From Coniocarpon cinnabarinum (taxonomy: Eukaryota): a stretch of 64,000 nucleotides of DNA. Below the pieces are notes generated by a model. That model was not told where the DNA came from. It did not search any database and was given only the letters and a program-made list of their open reading frames with translations. Location: contig JAVECO010000009.1 in the NCBI GenBank assembly GCA_051942205.1, positions 62,001-126,000 of the forward strand, given 5' to 3'. Both the position numbers and the translations under genes were made by a program. Below are positions 1 through 13,700 of this stretch, one piece after another (positions within the stretch are counted from its first letter, which is position 1; every line of letters begins with the position of its first letter).

Positions 1-604
1 TCAGCAGAGTCTTAATAGCCAGACTGTACTGCGACATCGTGAAGTCCGAGTCCGAGCCATGTGGATACGTGTCGACCGCAATCTGCTTGCCTTGTGCAAG
101 GTCCTCATTGAGTGCTGCTAATGCAATGGCAGCATGACGTATGCATGAAATCTGGCAAGATGCTTGTGGTATGAAAGTCTGCCAGAATAAGGACTCAAAC
201 CCTCCAGCCAGTTGAGGAACAGTCTGGCTGCAAAAGATTTCAAAGTACCTCTGCTCTCGCGGTGTACAGGCCAGTAGAGCAGGTTGCTCGAGAGCTTGAA
301 CAGGCCCAACATGCTCCAACTTGGCAGGGGACCTAGCGTTTGTATTGGTACCTTTCTTGGACGGCACCGTTGCATAACCGTCGCACTTGTAGCCTTTGGT
401 TATGCAGGTCATGCATGATGGTCGCGCCTCGTCGCATTTCTTGTGTCGTCTTTTGCAAGTGAGGCATCCAGTCTTGACCTTTGCGTTGCTGGCCCGTGTG
501 CGCCGGGGCTTGCTCTCCACTGAATGTGATGCGCTGGTGGCTGCTTCTTCAGGTGAAGAGGAGCTCTCTGTAGGAGAGGTACTTCGGTATTTGGCTGGGG
601 GCAT
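1..604 (-). CDS. Zn(II)2Cys6 transcription factor, 5' part (runs off the left edge)
   Basis: Not in the ORF track. Manual translation from ATG at 604 is open to base 1: MPPAKYRS...KVKTGCLTCKRRHKKCDEARPSCMTCITKGYKCDGY (canonical C6 cluster), followed by QRYFEIF..QTVPQLAGGFESLFWQ..IRHAAIALAAL, typical of the Fungal_trans_2-type region. Confidence 0.9.
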   Translation of the reverse strand, partial: MPPAKYRSTSPTESSSSPEEAATSASHSVESKPRRTRASNAKVKTGCLTCKRRHKKCDEARPSCMTCITKGYKCDGYATVPSKKGTNTNARSPAKLEHVGPVQALEQPALLACTPREQRYFEIFCSQTVPQLAGGFESLFWQTFIPQASCQISCIRHAAIALAALNEDLAQGKQIAVDTYPHGSDSDFTMSQYSLAIKTLL

Positions 605-1878
605 ACTGTGTGGGTGAGTGAGCTCGTATTGTCTGACGGGGGACCAGTGCCGCAAAGTCCGCGGATTATGCTCGTGATCCCAGACCCTGGTACGACTGCC
701 GAGATCAAGGAGCGAGCCGACTGACAGGAGCGATACAGACGAGATACTGCAAGGTAAACTTGCCAGCAGTTGTCGAAGAGAAATGTGTTCGTGTCCAAGC
801 GCAGGCGAGGACTTTAGTAGCTCCTAGTCGAGGCTTCTACTAGGCTATAAACGAGATGAAGCGTCTCTGCGTCCTGTAATAGACGCATCCGATGCACGGT
901 TCCACTGAGCATGGGAGAAGTGGCCCTATTGCGGGCTCACGCCAGTGCCATTCCGGGGACGGATCCCTATCCGGGGCTGAAACTGGCCACGGCACATTGG
1001 CCCATGGCTGAGCAGCAACACTTCGAGGCCATGTGTCGAGCACGGGAGCCTGGCTGCCGCTGCGTGGCCTTCGAGAAGACATTTCGAACGAAGGATTCAT
1101 GGGGGCGCTTCAGTGCTGAGTCAAAGGTGAGGTGTCGCTGTCGGGGGCTGTAGTGACCGCAAGGTCCGTGCGCGGAGGTGCAACGATTACGCTGCAGCCA
1201 ATGAGCCGTCGTGGTCTTTTCGAGTACCGCTGTTAGTCCGGCGCCATTGGCCGCTAACTGTGGCATGGATTGTGAGGAGCGAGGACGGAGAGGTCATAGC
1301 ACATGCAGCCAGCCGCAGCTTCTCCTCTACCTTGAGCAGTGGCCAGCGATGCGATACCGATCGCCGCAAGACACAGCTCAAGTCACTGGTCTGGGCTTGG
1401 GATCCATCGCTCGATAGGCAAGAATGGTGATCATGTACAGGGCGCACAGTCACGTTCACTGTATTTCCCTCATTCTGGTCAGGCTGCTGATGTATGGATA
1501 TCCTCACGCGGTCAAGAGACCAGACAATTTGTCTTGCCAGTTGACGGGTATTTGACAGAGAGCGTCATTAACGGATCTCAATAATTAGGTTTGACGTGAA
1601 TTCCACAGCGGCACTTTCGTTGCTCAATGTGGCCAGCATCGCAGTATCCATGGAACAGAGGACCATACTAATCCTGTTAAACGAAACGGGTAGGCATAGT
1701 CTTCCAGTATACGCGCTTCATGACTGCATTCGTCCATAAAGCCCTAGACCGGGGCGTATCAAGTCGACATCGATGTGCACTAGGTGTCAGGGTTGCACGT
1801 GGAGCATTCTGACGGAAACTCACGGTTAGCACGAACGCGGCCGAGGCTACCGCAGTGCCTTAGACGCCTTGCTACGAT

Positions 1879-3083
1879 TCAGTGCGGGAAACGTGCTCCA
1901 AGCCCAACAGCGCCCGTCTCGAAGAGCTCAATCGCCCCAGTGCCGAAACATTCTTCAAGTACCCATTGAAACTTAACTCCGTAGAACTGCCGCCATTTGC
2001 GTGTTCTCCCGGGGAGCACGGGCTTGGTCAACCCTTTCTCATGCTTGGCTTTGGATGTGGCTGCAACACCGCCATTCCAGCGCTCGCGCAGGAGATCGAC
2101 AGGAGCTTCGTGTGGCTGTGATCGGCTTAGAAGCGAAATGAGATGCTCTCGTGAGGCAGCGAGAAGACGTAGATACAGTCCTACAGACGGTAATGAGAAG
2201 TTCAGCCGCTGATCATTAGTACTTCCGGGTCTACTGGTGATCCCACCGCCACCAGCATTATGAACGGCTCCAACGCCTCCGACGGCGGCTACGCTACCAG
2301 TGGGTGCACGGGATCCAGCAAGGGCAAGCGCTGGTGAGCTATTCGGGCCCGTAGATGACACCTTGGCCTCTACGGGGGCCACACGGGACGTCACTCCCGC
2401 AGTGAGGAAACCAGCTTGTACGAGCTCTATGAGTTCGCTTTGCGTAAACGTAGAGCCACGAATTGATGTTGCCGTCGTATCATCCGAAATCGCCCCAATG
2501 TATTTGTCTGGACAAACGAAGACACAGTTGTCAGTCTTCTGCTTTGACGTTGGACTTGCCGTTACTAGGGCGTACCTTTGACGTTCTGGCTCAGATGAGA
2601 ATTAGAATGAACAAGCTGTCTCCAGCGTTCCGTTAGTACCAGCAACTCGCCTATGGCAGTACTACCAAGGCCACGTCCGGGCACGGAAATTTTGCGCACG
2701 ACACCTTCCCTCACAAGTTGAGCTATCTGCCGCTCCGTGGTGGTTGGGGCTTTACTCAAAGCATGAACATGCGTGGTCGTGACGAGTGGAGGCAGCCTTT
2801 GGCGGAGATTCAGCGTCTCAGCGATCTGGGTTGAGTTCATGCCGGAACGCTCGGGAATCACGTCAAACATATTGTCGAGAATGTGTCGCAAGATATCGGG
2901 GACCTCGGAAGACTGTACGGTGTGAGCCAGTGAATGAATAGCGCCACAATCATCCAGTCTAGGGACCCCACGTTCGTCTTCCTCCGCATCCATGGTTTTG
3001 GACGATCTGCTCCTGGAGCCCAACCCGAAAGTGGCACTTCTCAGCATCTTCCGCGGAGACTGTGTAGATCTTTGTGGCGGCAT
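1879..3083 (-). CDS. STK19 (serine/threonine kinase 19)-family protein, 2 exons
   Basis: ORFs 2565-3287 and 1879-2394 join in frame across intron 2575..2508 (GTACGC...CTGAC...CAG). Motifs LPPLVTTTHVHAL..PTTTERQI, LLRERWNGG and KWRQFYGVKFQWVLEECFGTGAIELFETGAVG resemble fungal STK19 homologs. Start at ATG 3083 is inferred. Confidence 0.75.
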
Positions 3084-3614
3084 TTCTAGTGAGATGTCGA
3101 TATTGTACAGGATGCTAGAGCCCCTTTTCGAAGTCGTTTCGAGGTCTATACCGACGGAGACACACGGTCCTTTGCACACATTCTCTGAGCTCAGGTGCAG
3201 AACATCAAACGCTGAGGAGCCAGAATAGTCTGCTCTTGAAATTGCCCATGAAATGTCGTGACTTGTGAAGGAGTTTAGCCCAGCCAAGTACTTTGCTAAG
3301 ACACGTTCCGGCTGCCTGGTAATCGTCCCAGTCTGCCAATTCTTGGTGACCCTGCCACAATTACAAGCATGTTACTTTTTATGGCAAATCTTAAAGATAC
3401 GAGCGCACAGCCCGGCTGCACATGGACCTGCGGGCGCGTCATCTTGCATATGCACGGAATCGGCACATGCGAGTTCAATCAGTTCCTGGAGTGTAGCTCA
3501 GATTTACAAGCTGTGTGCATTCTGCTGACGAAGTTGTGCTGGCATCTACTGCTTTTTCGAACATTGAGAGCATGCTGAGACCGCATCACTCTGCATACCT
3601 TTGAAGGAACCACC

Positions 3615-5099
3615 ATGGCAGCTGTAGATCATCAGTCACTCCTCCAACCTCTCAGCTCCGAGCCATCGCATCCCCACGAGCGCCAAAGACAGGGCCTCGA
3701 ATCAAAATCCTACGAGTTTGCAGCTAAAGAAGGCATGCAGAACGGAAATGCGCATCAAAACGACCTTGGCCGAGTCAAGCGCAAGCCTTTGCAGAAACAG
3801 CAGCAACCCGGCGACAAGGTCAACAACGTTTCGAACGCTATCGCGAATCTCAATGGCGACGCAGAATTAGATCACGAAAAGGCTGGGTTGACAAGTGTCA
3901 AGACGCCCCCAGGATTCTATGCCAGTCTGCAGCAGGATGAGAAGGAGAAGCCATCGCCCAACCAGAACGAGCCACACAAAGACGAGCTGAAGAGCGGCCG
4001 CAAAGCTGGTCAGAGATGGCACGAAAGCGCGTAAGGATATAGAATAGCTCTAAATGATTGCGTAACAGGCTAAACACCGTACAGCATTCGCTTCGCTCCG
4101 TTGAACGTGCCCTTGCAAAGACGTCTACAAACCGCGATGGTTTTGTTTCATGTCCTCTCAATTGGCCTTTTCCTTGCCCTCTTCTTCTTCCTCTGCACCC
4201 TTCCAATTCTATGGCCGATCTTGATACCTTATCTGGTCTACTGCCTGCTCTCTGGAGCGTCGACGTCCGGCGAGCTCTCCCACCGTTCAGAACGCTTTCG
4301 CCGCTCCTCCATCTGGTCTCTGTTTGCATCCTACTTCCCGGCCCGCTTGCATCGCTCTGAAGTCCTCCCACCTACACGCAAGTATATCTTCGGCTATCAC
4401 CCACACGGCATCATTGCGCATGGCGCCTTCGCAGCATTCTCGACGGAGGCGCTTGGCTTCTCTCAGCTCTTCCCCGGCATTACGAACACGTTGCTTACAC
4501 TCGACTCCAACTTTCGCATTCCTTTGTATCGCGACTGGGCGCTGAGGATCGGCATGGCGTCAGTTTCGCGGGAGTCTTGCACGAACCTGCTGTCAAAAGG
4601 TGGTCGCAACGGCGAAGGCATGGGTCGTGCAATCACCATCGTTGTCGGGGGTGCGCGGGAAGCTCTCGACGCCAAGCCGGACACGTTGAAGCTTGTGCTG
4701 AAGCGCCGGAAGGGTTTCGTTAAGCTCGCCATCCGCACCGGCGCAGATCTCGTCCCTGTTCTGGGTTTTGGGGAGAACGACTTGTATGATCAATTTGATC
4801 CTGCAAAGCATCCGCGGGTTCACAAGTGGCAACTGTGGATCAAGAAGATGCTTGGCTTCACGACGCCCTTGTTTCACGGACGCGGCGTGTTTAACTACGA
4901 CATTGGTTTAATGCCGTATCGACGGCCTGTCAACCTTGTGGTCGGTCGACCGATCACGATTGAGCAGCAGGTAAAGCCCGACGAGGCATATGTGGAAAAG
5001 GTTCATCAGCGATATGCTGAGGAGTTGGCTCGTATTTGGCGCGACAACAGGGACGAGTTCGCTCCAGACATGACGGCGGATTTGGAAATTATTGAGTAG
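3615..5099 (+). CDS. DGA1: Diacylglycerol O-acyltransferase (DGAT2 family), 2 exons
   Basis: Intron 4031-4084 (GTAAGG...CAG) gives IRFAPLNVPLQRRLQT; DGAT2 motifs YFP, GYHPHG, VVGGAREAL, RRKGFVKLA, LVPVLGFGENDLY. Confidence 0.95.
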
Positions 5100-8000
5100 C
5101 GCATTCATTCAGTAACGCCACTGCTGGGCGACTTGCAACTGAGCAATAGACTTGTATCATTACCTGTAACATAGAGGTGAAACTGCGAACATTGGGCGTT
5201 ACAGTCAACGCGCAACACTGTTGATCCTACTACTTCCAAGCTTGTCCTATAGAAACGAGTTTCTGCATCATGGCACGCTTCTTTGTAGTGGAATCTCATG
5301 CTTTTCCCTAGAAACCAAAGCCTTTCTAGAAACATTGAAGTGATCGTGAGATGCCACTCGCACGTCGCCAAGCCATCACCCTCGTTCCGGCAACACGACC
5401 ACATTGCCATTCCTTCTCGACGTATCTCATCGACGGACCCACACGTGCCACAGTCCCCTTCTCAGCCCCATCACGCGGAACCGCTTGCCGTGGTATGTCT
5501 GCCGAGTTGATGATTCAGCACCAACAATGGGCCATGCATGCACGCCATCGAGCGGGTGCCATGCACGTCAAGTGTGCAGGCATCTATTCTGAAATCCGTC
5601 TGGGGCCGTCACTGCAACCCTGGTCTCCTCGCTCAAGCGTCGACGACGCTTTCGGTTTTGTTTTCCGTTCCCTCGGTCGTTGAGCCATTCGAAAGAATAT
5701 AGGGAATGGCCGGGGCGGATCGGAAAGGAGCCAATGAGAAGGCTGGGGCCGAAGCATGGGTCACTGCGGCTGGGGTGACTGAGCACGCGTGGTATATCAG
5801 GGGTATGCTTCATCTTCATGTGTGAGACGAGGGAGACGGTCCACTCGTATAGGGCCGCCGGCACTAAGTTGCTGTTCATGGACTATCAGGACATGGTTCT
5901 GTTCACCGAAGGCAGCAGGCTTGTGGCTAGCGCAGCGATAGTCCGGTGGAGGTGCTGTTGCTGCAGGCAGCTGAGTTGCGTTGAAACAAGTGGTTGCTGA
6001 TGAATCAACTCGAGGTGGAATTATGCCAGCTTGGTATCAACAGGACATTCGCGTGAGAGGTGCCGGCACTCCTGTATTGACGAGTAGGTTCTGTAGCTTC
6101 TTTCTGCCTCAGGAATGGCTGCTCATTTCTTCAGGCTTCAGGTGCACTGGACTGTTAGTGATCGCATTTCCTTTGATCATCCTCTGGATGTGAGGGTCAA
6201 CGCACCGAAAATGTTTCTCCCAATGAACCTCAAACCTCAGGAGCACGGCCTGTTGGCCGTGACACTACTACACTCGCTCTGCATTGAGAAGTCCTTTGCG
6301 ACATGGGCGTTGCTGGTCCCCCAGGATGCAATCTGGAGATTCCTGGAGCTGCTTCCCTATGATCTGCAACTGTGCAATACAGTCCACAAAACGTCATTAA
6401 CTCTTGATGGTCAAACGACTATAATAGTTGCTGAATACATCCGTCAGGACGGACTAGCCCATGATATGATCCGTCAGTACAGTCATTGACACAGAACCTG
6501 CTGGAGACTGCATAAAAGACAGCATAATTCATGCATACGTGGTAATGTTAGCTGCCAGGAATTGTGTTGAAGTTTTCGTTGCCGTCGCCGGACGGCTCCT
6601 TCTGGACCATCCTCGATCTGACTGTGCTCTCTTGTTCCACGAGTTGCCGCGTACCAACAAAGTGTAAAATGTCGGCCAGAATTCTCTGTTCAACCCTTTG
6701 TAGAGTGCATACAAAAGTACCTTAGCCTCATGCAACCAGAACGTGGCCAAAATGGATGATCCTGCATCAATATTTGATGTTATATTCCGCCTTCCTCATT
6801 TTCGGCAATGCAAGTTATTTGAACGACACGACTGCCGGAGCTCGTGCAGTACTTGTGAAGACTTTCTGCCAAGTCAATTTATTCAATAACATCAAAGTCC
6901 TTGTCCAAAGTGTCAGAGCACGTGACCGATACATGACTCTGTGCTCAAGAGAGGTTTCTCTTCGACCCTCACCGCAACTTCATGGACGACGCTACTGCCT
7001 TTCAATACTCTCGCCATAATCTCATCGATAATTAGAAAAGATGATGGGACTGCAATCCTCCTTGACAGACCCGGATTTACCTGCTCTGATATGTCTTGGC
7101 CTGACAAGACACCCAATCGACCTCTTATCCAGAAGCTATCAATACTGACTAAATTCTCCGACTTACGCAATGTACTAAGCTTTATTGACTCTAACTACTG
7201 CCAGCAACTACCGAGACGTTCCCAAGCCTGGCTTGACTGGTCTGTGAGCTAAGAAGGCTCAAGCTTGGCATATTCGACAGCCAGCGAGTGCTCTGCTTTC
7301 AGTCGCTCGAAGCAAGCGCCATCACGTTTTCGAGAGCGCTGCTGATTCCCGTCACACCTGGTGGCTCTCGACGAGATCACCTTCATCGTATTGCGAAGCC
7401 TTCTGTCAAATCGCAAATGTCCCTTGTCGTTCCTTCTATACAACCTCTTTCGGCATCTGGGAAACGTCGAAGTCAGCACAAGGTGTGGGGCTGCGCCATC
7501 TACACAGATCTGTCTTGTGGATAAAACATTCATACGAGGAATTTTCAACACCGTGAGTCGCTAGGACTTAACCATGCGACCGCATTCATGGAGACCTTAA
7601 CCTTGACGGTCTAATCATCACAGGACTTTGTGGCTCACAAGAGGAGTGAAATACTGACCTTTGTGCTCAATACCCGGAAGGTGTTGCCCTCCCCGAGCAG
7701 TGACATTCGCAGGACTTTCAGTCACGGCTTGATACAGGTGAGTCACAATTGGACAGGTACGCGGATACCACTTCCATGATAGGGCTTTTTCCTCTCGTGG
7801 CCCGTCTCATATGAGACGTCTTCCGATAGTGATTTCATGTGCTTGATGAAGGAAGACTGCGAGGCGAGAGAGATCTGAACCAGATATCTGAATGGAGCGA
7901 AAAGTGTAACCGCAACGTAACAGCATTCTCTGATGCTATTGACCCCCCGATCCTGTCTGGTTATCTGCAAGTGTGACAGAGTCAGCCGAGAATGTCGATC

Positions 8001-11000
8001 TGCATACTCGTCGTGCCCATGATATTGCGGAAAAGCCAGTCATAAAGTGAATTTGGCAACAAAGTAATTCAGCGCGATCTGATACCGACGTCACACATGT
8101 GCCGTCACGTGTGAACTTTCGATTGATCTAATCATTCTGGAGACTCTTGGAACATGGAGGGAAAACTTGACCTACCTCTGCGCTCGTCTTCCAGATGGTA
8201 GCCCCACGAGCGGTCTTCCTAGACTTGCGCCTTGTTGGAGCACAAGTTGGCGGAAACGCTGCCCAGGCAGATGCTTTCTGGTAAGGTCAATACGGCCGGA
8301 TCGAAAGTAGTTATCTTAGGGGCTGCAGTTGGTTGCTGTCTGATCGTCCAAAAAGACATGACAATGAGTCGCAATACAGATTTGCTTTAGCATCTCAAAG
8401 GGTACGACACATCTGCCTAAGAATTATTGGTGTCGATGCTCTCTCGCACGAAACATGATCTAATGGTGCTTACCTCAGGATCAATTGATCAGCCAGCGTC
8501 CCTAAAGGTAGTACTTGTCTGTCAGTGAAACTCAGACATGCTTAATTTGTGACAACGAAATGGTCTTGGTAGTCAGAGAGCTCTTTCGATCTTGTTTCAT
8601 CACCGCGAAGAAATCGATCTGAAATTGTGATATTCAATGTTATGTATCATCATGGTATGTTTTGAAGTCAAGAAAAGACCGCCTTACTCACATCATGTGC
8701 TGATCTCAGCGCCACTGGATATCTTGCTGCTTGACATCGTCGATCGGTTTGAAAGATACTCTGCTCGGGCTCATGTGAATTTCTAAACTTCTGTCAGCAG
8801 ATGAGATTGTTCTGAATATGCTCGTGCAGTCATGAGGGCTTCATAGTCAGGTTTGGCTGTTGGTATCAAGTCATGTGGCTCCGACGACAGGTTAGTTTTA
8901 CAGAAAATATCATCATGCTAAGGTGAGGTACGATTTGAGCTTGCGTTACCTACCACAGCTGCTTGACAGTCCACCGTCTTGTTCAAACGCTGCCACCACA
9001 CTAGATTACCTGTCAGCAAGTATCACACACAAGTGCTCTGGAAACAAAAGGGCGAGCTCGACGTTCAGTTTCAAAAGATTTGAGCTCATAATGGCAGTAT
9101 TAAATAGGCACCATTCAGCCATCCTTCGTTTTTCATCACTGAGGAGGAAAAAGTAAGAGAAGTTGCACATACCGGCCGTGTCATATTGAACAGACCTCCT
9201 GACCATGTCCTGCTGAGTCCTTCTAATTCTGTCAGTGAGGTATACAGAATAGGATGTTTTAAATGAGTACGTCGATTGTCAGAGACCAGATCAGCGAAAC
9301 CACATGAGCGGGATTTGTAGTGTGATCAGCCACGGTAACGGGTTGTGCTCTTAACCCGTCTGAACTCTTTTATCATCATGTGTCGGAGTGGAGTAAAAGA
9401 GGCAACACCAGGATCAACTCACCGCGATAAGTCAGTTCTAAGGATAGCTGAGCAGCCATTTGCCATGGAAGGTCCATCAAGAACGTTTGCACGGAAGCAT
9501 TTTATCTAAGCAGCTGAAGCTCCGCCGCATCAAGCCTTGAGACCACGAATACTGCCTCTCATTGCTATCCAGCGCCGCGCTGGGAGGTGATGGAGCCTAC
9601 AAGACGTCAGCATCTGCGCACACTGAACGTGCTCGATGTGCAGGGGTATTTGCGGCTTCAGAAAACAGCGCTAAGTGCTGGATCTGATCTCATCATAATG
9701 CAGAGATCCGTATGAGTAGAGTGGTCAATTTCCAAGTTCATCATCTCGAAAGTCATGAAATCATCTGGACACACTCACATGAGACACCGCTCTTCCCACT
9801 TCATGAATGACACCGGGACCCACTCCTCAGATTGCAATCCGAGAGCCAACAACTACGAATGTCAAGGCTGGGCTGTAACTTTCCTGCCATATCGTCAGCA
9901 AAGGCTTGCAATAAGCGCTACGAGTGGCAAACAATGCGGGTGGTTATCAGTCTCTCTTAAGGTTTTCGAGCTTTTATGATGTAGGTACTGCAAGAGTTCA
10001 TATGTATCATCATTCGTGGCGCTTCAATCAGGGTGAGAAGAGTGCTCACAGTGTTGCTTGTAGGCCTCGTGGAAAAGCGCTTGCTGCACTACGATTCCGC
10101 GTCTCATGAGGTACAAAGAGCTCTCTTCGTTGTAGTCATAGCTTGAAAATCCCGAATTGATGGTGTTTTACAGGCTCGTCGCCCAGGAGGGAGATCTGAC
10201 AACCCTTCCGTCGGTGAAACTTGCGATATGCTTGACAAGTGCAAGATATAGAGGTGCAGTCACATTAGGCCCACCCCAAAGGTTGCAACTGAGGACATTA
10301 CCCTGCGATTTAGGTCAGTCAACGATAATGAAAATCTAGAAGATCATTGACGAGACTCCCTGGAGCTTCCACTGAAGCAGAGTGGACGTGCAGGGGAAAG
10401 CCGCTCGCTGGGAATCAGGCTGTCAAAATTGGTGTCTTGACCCTAAACCACGATCTCAAGTGATTGCTGACATAGAGGACAGCGTTCAGCACGAGATCAT
10501 GATGCTCGAGAACACGCATGAAGATAAAAATGTGGTTGAAGTCAAATTCGAAGGAGTTGAGAGGATGGACGCGTGCGAGCTCGATATCGTGAATCTGTGC
10601 CGGAAGCCTCCAAATTTTGATTTGAGGCCAGCAAATGAACGACACGACGCGGTAGGTACATCAAAAGGAGGCATGAACGAAGAACAAGAGGGGTGGTGAT
10701 GACAAGAGTGTGGAGGAGTAGTGAATGAGGAGGAGAGAGCGACGGACGTGGCAAATACAACTGCCAAGAACAACAAGCCTTACGCGTACGGCTTCAAATC
10801 GGAGACAGGAGCATCACGATCAGCTCTGAGACTGTTTACAAGCCCCGCAGTTGACCGAGCAGTGTGAGCAGGCAGATTTGCAGCGGGAAAGGCTATGGGC
10901 CCCTCTCGGCTAGCAGCGCGTCTGGCAACCACTGCCCACTTCTAGCAGCCTCTGCAACATCAAGAAACATACGTCATGGACACAGGCACCGCGAAAAGAC

Positions 11001-12244
11001 TGTCGGCTTGCATTGACACTGTCTATGCTGCCTAACGAAAGGGGACATGATTGCACAGACAAGAACAGACCGTGAGGAGGAATGGACAGAATCAAATCCT
11101 TCATGCTATATACTGACTCGTAACGTTACAAGCAAGTAAGACTTTCACAGGCAGCATCATCCCCAAGGAAAACAATGCAATCCCTCCTGGAGACTCCGGG
11201 GAGCCACACAACAGATAAAATATCCAAAGCGGCCACCCTCCCAACGCACCGACCTCTTGTTCCTAAATAGAGTAATCGCTAGCTATCTCAATAAAGCGCA
11301 GAGTAACAGAAAGGGCAGGCCGGTTGACGGGGAAATGTCCGCAATCCTCCACAGTCATCGGGAGATCGACCGGCCAGACCCCGACACGCCATGCGCGCGT
11401 GCCACACGCAACGGACACTAGCATGTTTCCTAGTAGTTGCCGTAGACACGCGTCGGAGATCCCTGAAACGCTAGCTGGACCTGTCAAGGCAAGTGGAGCT
11501 CCGCCTCCTTGGACCAGGTTTTCGAGTGTTCACCTGTTCGCCGCACGGACTCCGCACCCCAGCCATCGCAGTAAAAGCTGCGCTAGCGTGCTTGACATGA
11601 CGCGTCTGAGTCAGTGAGGAAGCGTCATCGTAATTTGGCCGGTTACATGCTGCGAAGCGTGGGTGCCTCACTGCTTCCAGCGGCGGCATTCGCAACGTCC
11701 AGGACTTGCCAGTCCACGAAACTTCGGCAGATGCATGCGCATGACTTCCAGAGCTATCAGTGACACTCAGAGCATTAATTCCATAGAAACTTTCTACATT
11801 CGATGGTCAGCGAGAGCTCTGGCTAGGGTGCCTCTCAATTGCTAAGCTTGGCCAAGTGGGCATATTGCGCCACAACGCATGAAAGAGAAGGCAACCGCCA
11901 TGGCGACAGGCATGACTCATGTCTTCAAGTGACATTGTCTCTCTGTTACAAATATTGGCACCTGCAGATCCCTTTTTCACCCGACCGAAATTGCAGAGGG
12001 GTCCGGTACCGGCAAATCCCGCCGCGTGAAAAATAGCTTCAATGACATCGCCATACACCCCGCATCACGCGCTACGTCTCTGCCAAGTTTTGGACCGATC
12101 CACCTTGCAGAGCGGGCGCAGTGGGCAAGGTGAAAGGAGAGTGAAGTGAAATGACAATGACGTGGGGACCGGATTCTCAATTCGTGGCACAACACGATAT
12201 CAAAACATACAGCTCAGATTTTTCGTCTTATTCAGCTTGATCAC

Positions 12245-12870
12245 GCAGTAATGCAGTGGCGCAATAGGACCATGTGTATCTGAAAGGATCAATACTGATT
12301 GCTGGAGCTCGAGATACCCTTTCTACAAATGACAGAGCGCATCTTTCCCCTTTATCTGGCGTTTTCGCGTCGTCATACCGCCGCGCAATGGAGTTTCGCG
12401 TACTTGAAAGAATCTGTAAATTGCAGAGATGGCTGGAAGTCGAGATTTCTTTTTCTGCAAATGAAAGAGCGCATGATTTCCTCCTTGCTGACGTTGTCGC
12501 GGTATAATGCCGCGGCGAAATAGGACTGTGTGTTTGAAAGGACATATACACTGTGAAGATGGCTGGAGCTCGAGACTTCTTTCTTGCAAAACACAGAGCA
12601 TTTCTTTGCCCTTTTGTTTGGCGTTTTTGCATGGTCATACCGCCGCGAACTGGGATTATGCGTGTGTGAAAGGGAGAATCAATTGTGAATATGGCTGAAG
12701 ATCGAGATTTCTTTTTTACAAATAACAGAGCGCATCTTTCACTGCTTACTAACGTTGTCTTATAGTAATACCGCCGCGAAATGGAGTTTCGTGTATGTGA
12801 AAGGAAGAATAGATGGTGGGGAGGCCTGCGGGTCCAGATTCTTTGCGAAAAAAGAGAGTTCTATATAATA
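12245..12870. repeat. Diverged tandem array, ~4.5 units of ~125-133 bp
   Basis: Recurring ATACCGCCGCG...TGAAAG...GGCTGGAGCTCGAGA...CAAAT..AGAGCGCAT motifs with unit starts near 12250, 12375, 12504, 12637 and 12768. Confidence 0.85.
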
Positions 12871-13700
12871 GCATCATTGGCATGTTGTGCGCACCATAGC
12901 AACGTAAATGTTTCAGGTCAAATAGATAAAATGCATATCTTCAAGAGCAAAAACCATCCCAAATCGCGCTGAATCTGTCAAAAGACCAGGTCCAGTGTCA
13001 GACACATTATGATCTGCTACCATACAAGATTCAATATGCAGTTTCTGAGCGTCAAGAGTGAAAACAGCGTGTTTTGATGCCCTATTTGAGGGCCATACCT
13101 AAGATTCGAAGGCCGGACAAGAAGCACTTCTCCTTTATCAAGCAATACATTGAAAAAGGTAGAGTCGAGTGCCATGAATCTGAGCATTCAGCCCTGGAAT
13201 CGAGGGTCTCGACCACGGACTTTGACGGCTGCTTGAAGGTGATTTCTATCACCTCAAACACCTGATACTGGCGCGCGATTTGATTCGTTCCCGGTTGCCA
13301 GGGTCCTTGATTGTCACTCTTCAGCATATTGGCAAAGCTGCTGCTCTGCATACTGATGCGCAGAACAGTGGTGTACATTCAAACGTGAAGAACGACATCA
13401 GATATGTGCAGAATCTCTTGGATATCGGCGTCGTGGGCTTCAAGCAATGTAGCAGGCATGTGATGGACGTTTTTCGTGCAAAAAAATCGCGGAATATAGC
13501 GCTTTTGAGAGGTGATAAGGGAAGAGTACGCACTGAATCAAATTTCCGGTTTCACAATAGGATATTTTGCCTCGTAGTCACCTTGTTCTCTTGACCTTCT
13601 CCCTCTCTCTGCGTGCGTCCTATTGCTCTCTTTTACACACGTCTTGCTGTATCTACGCCGTTTGTTGTCACAGTATTTTGAATTCGACCATTACAACAAG

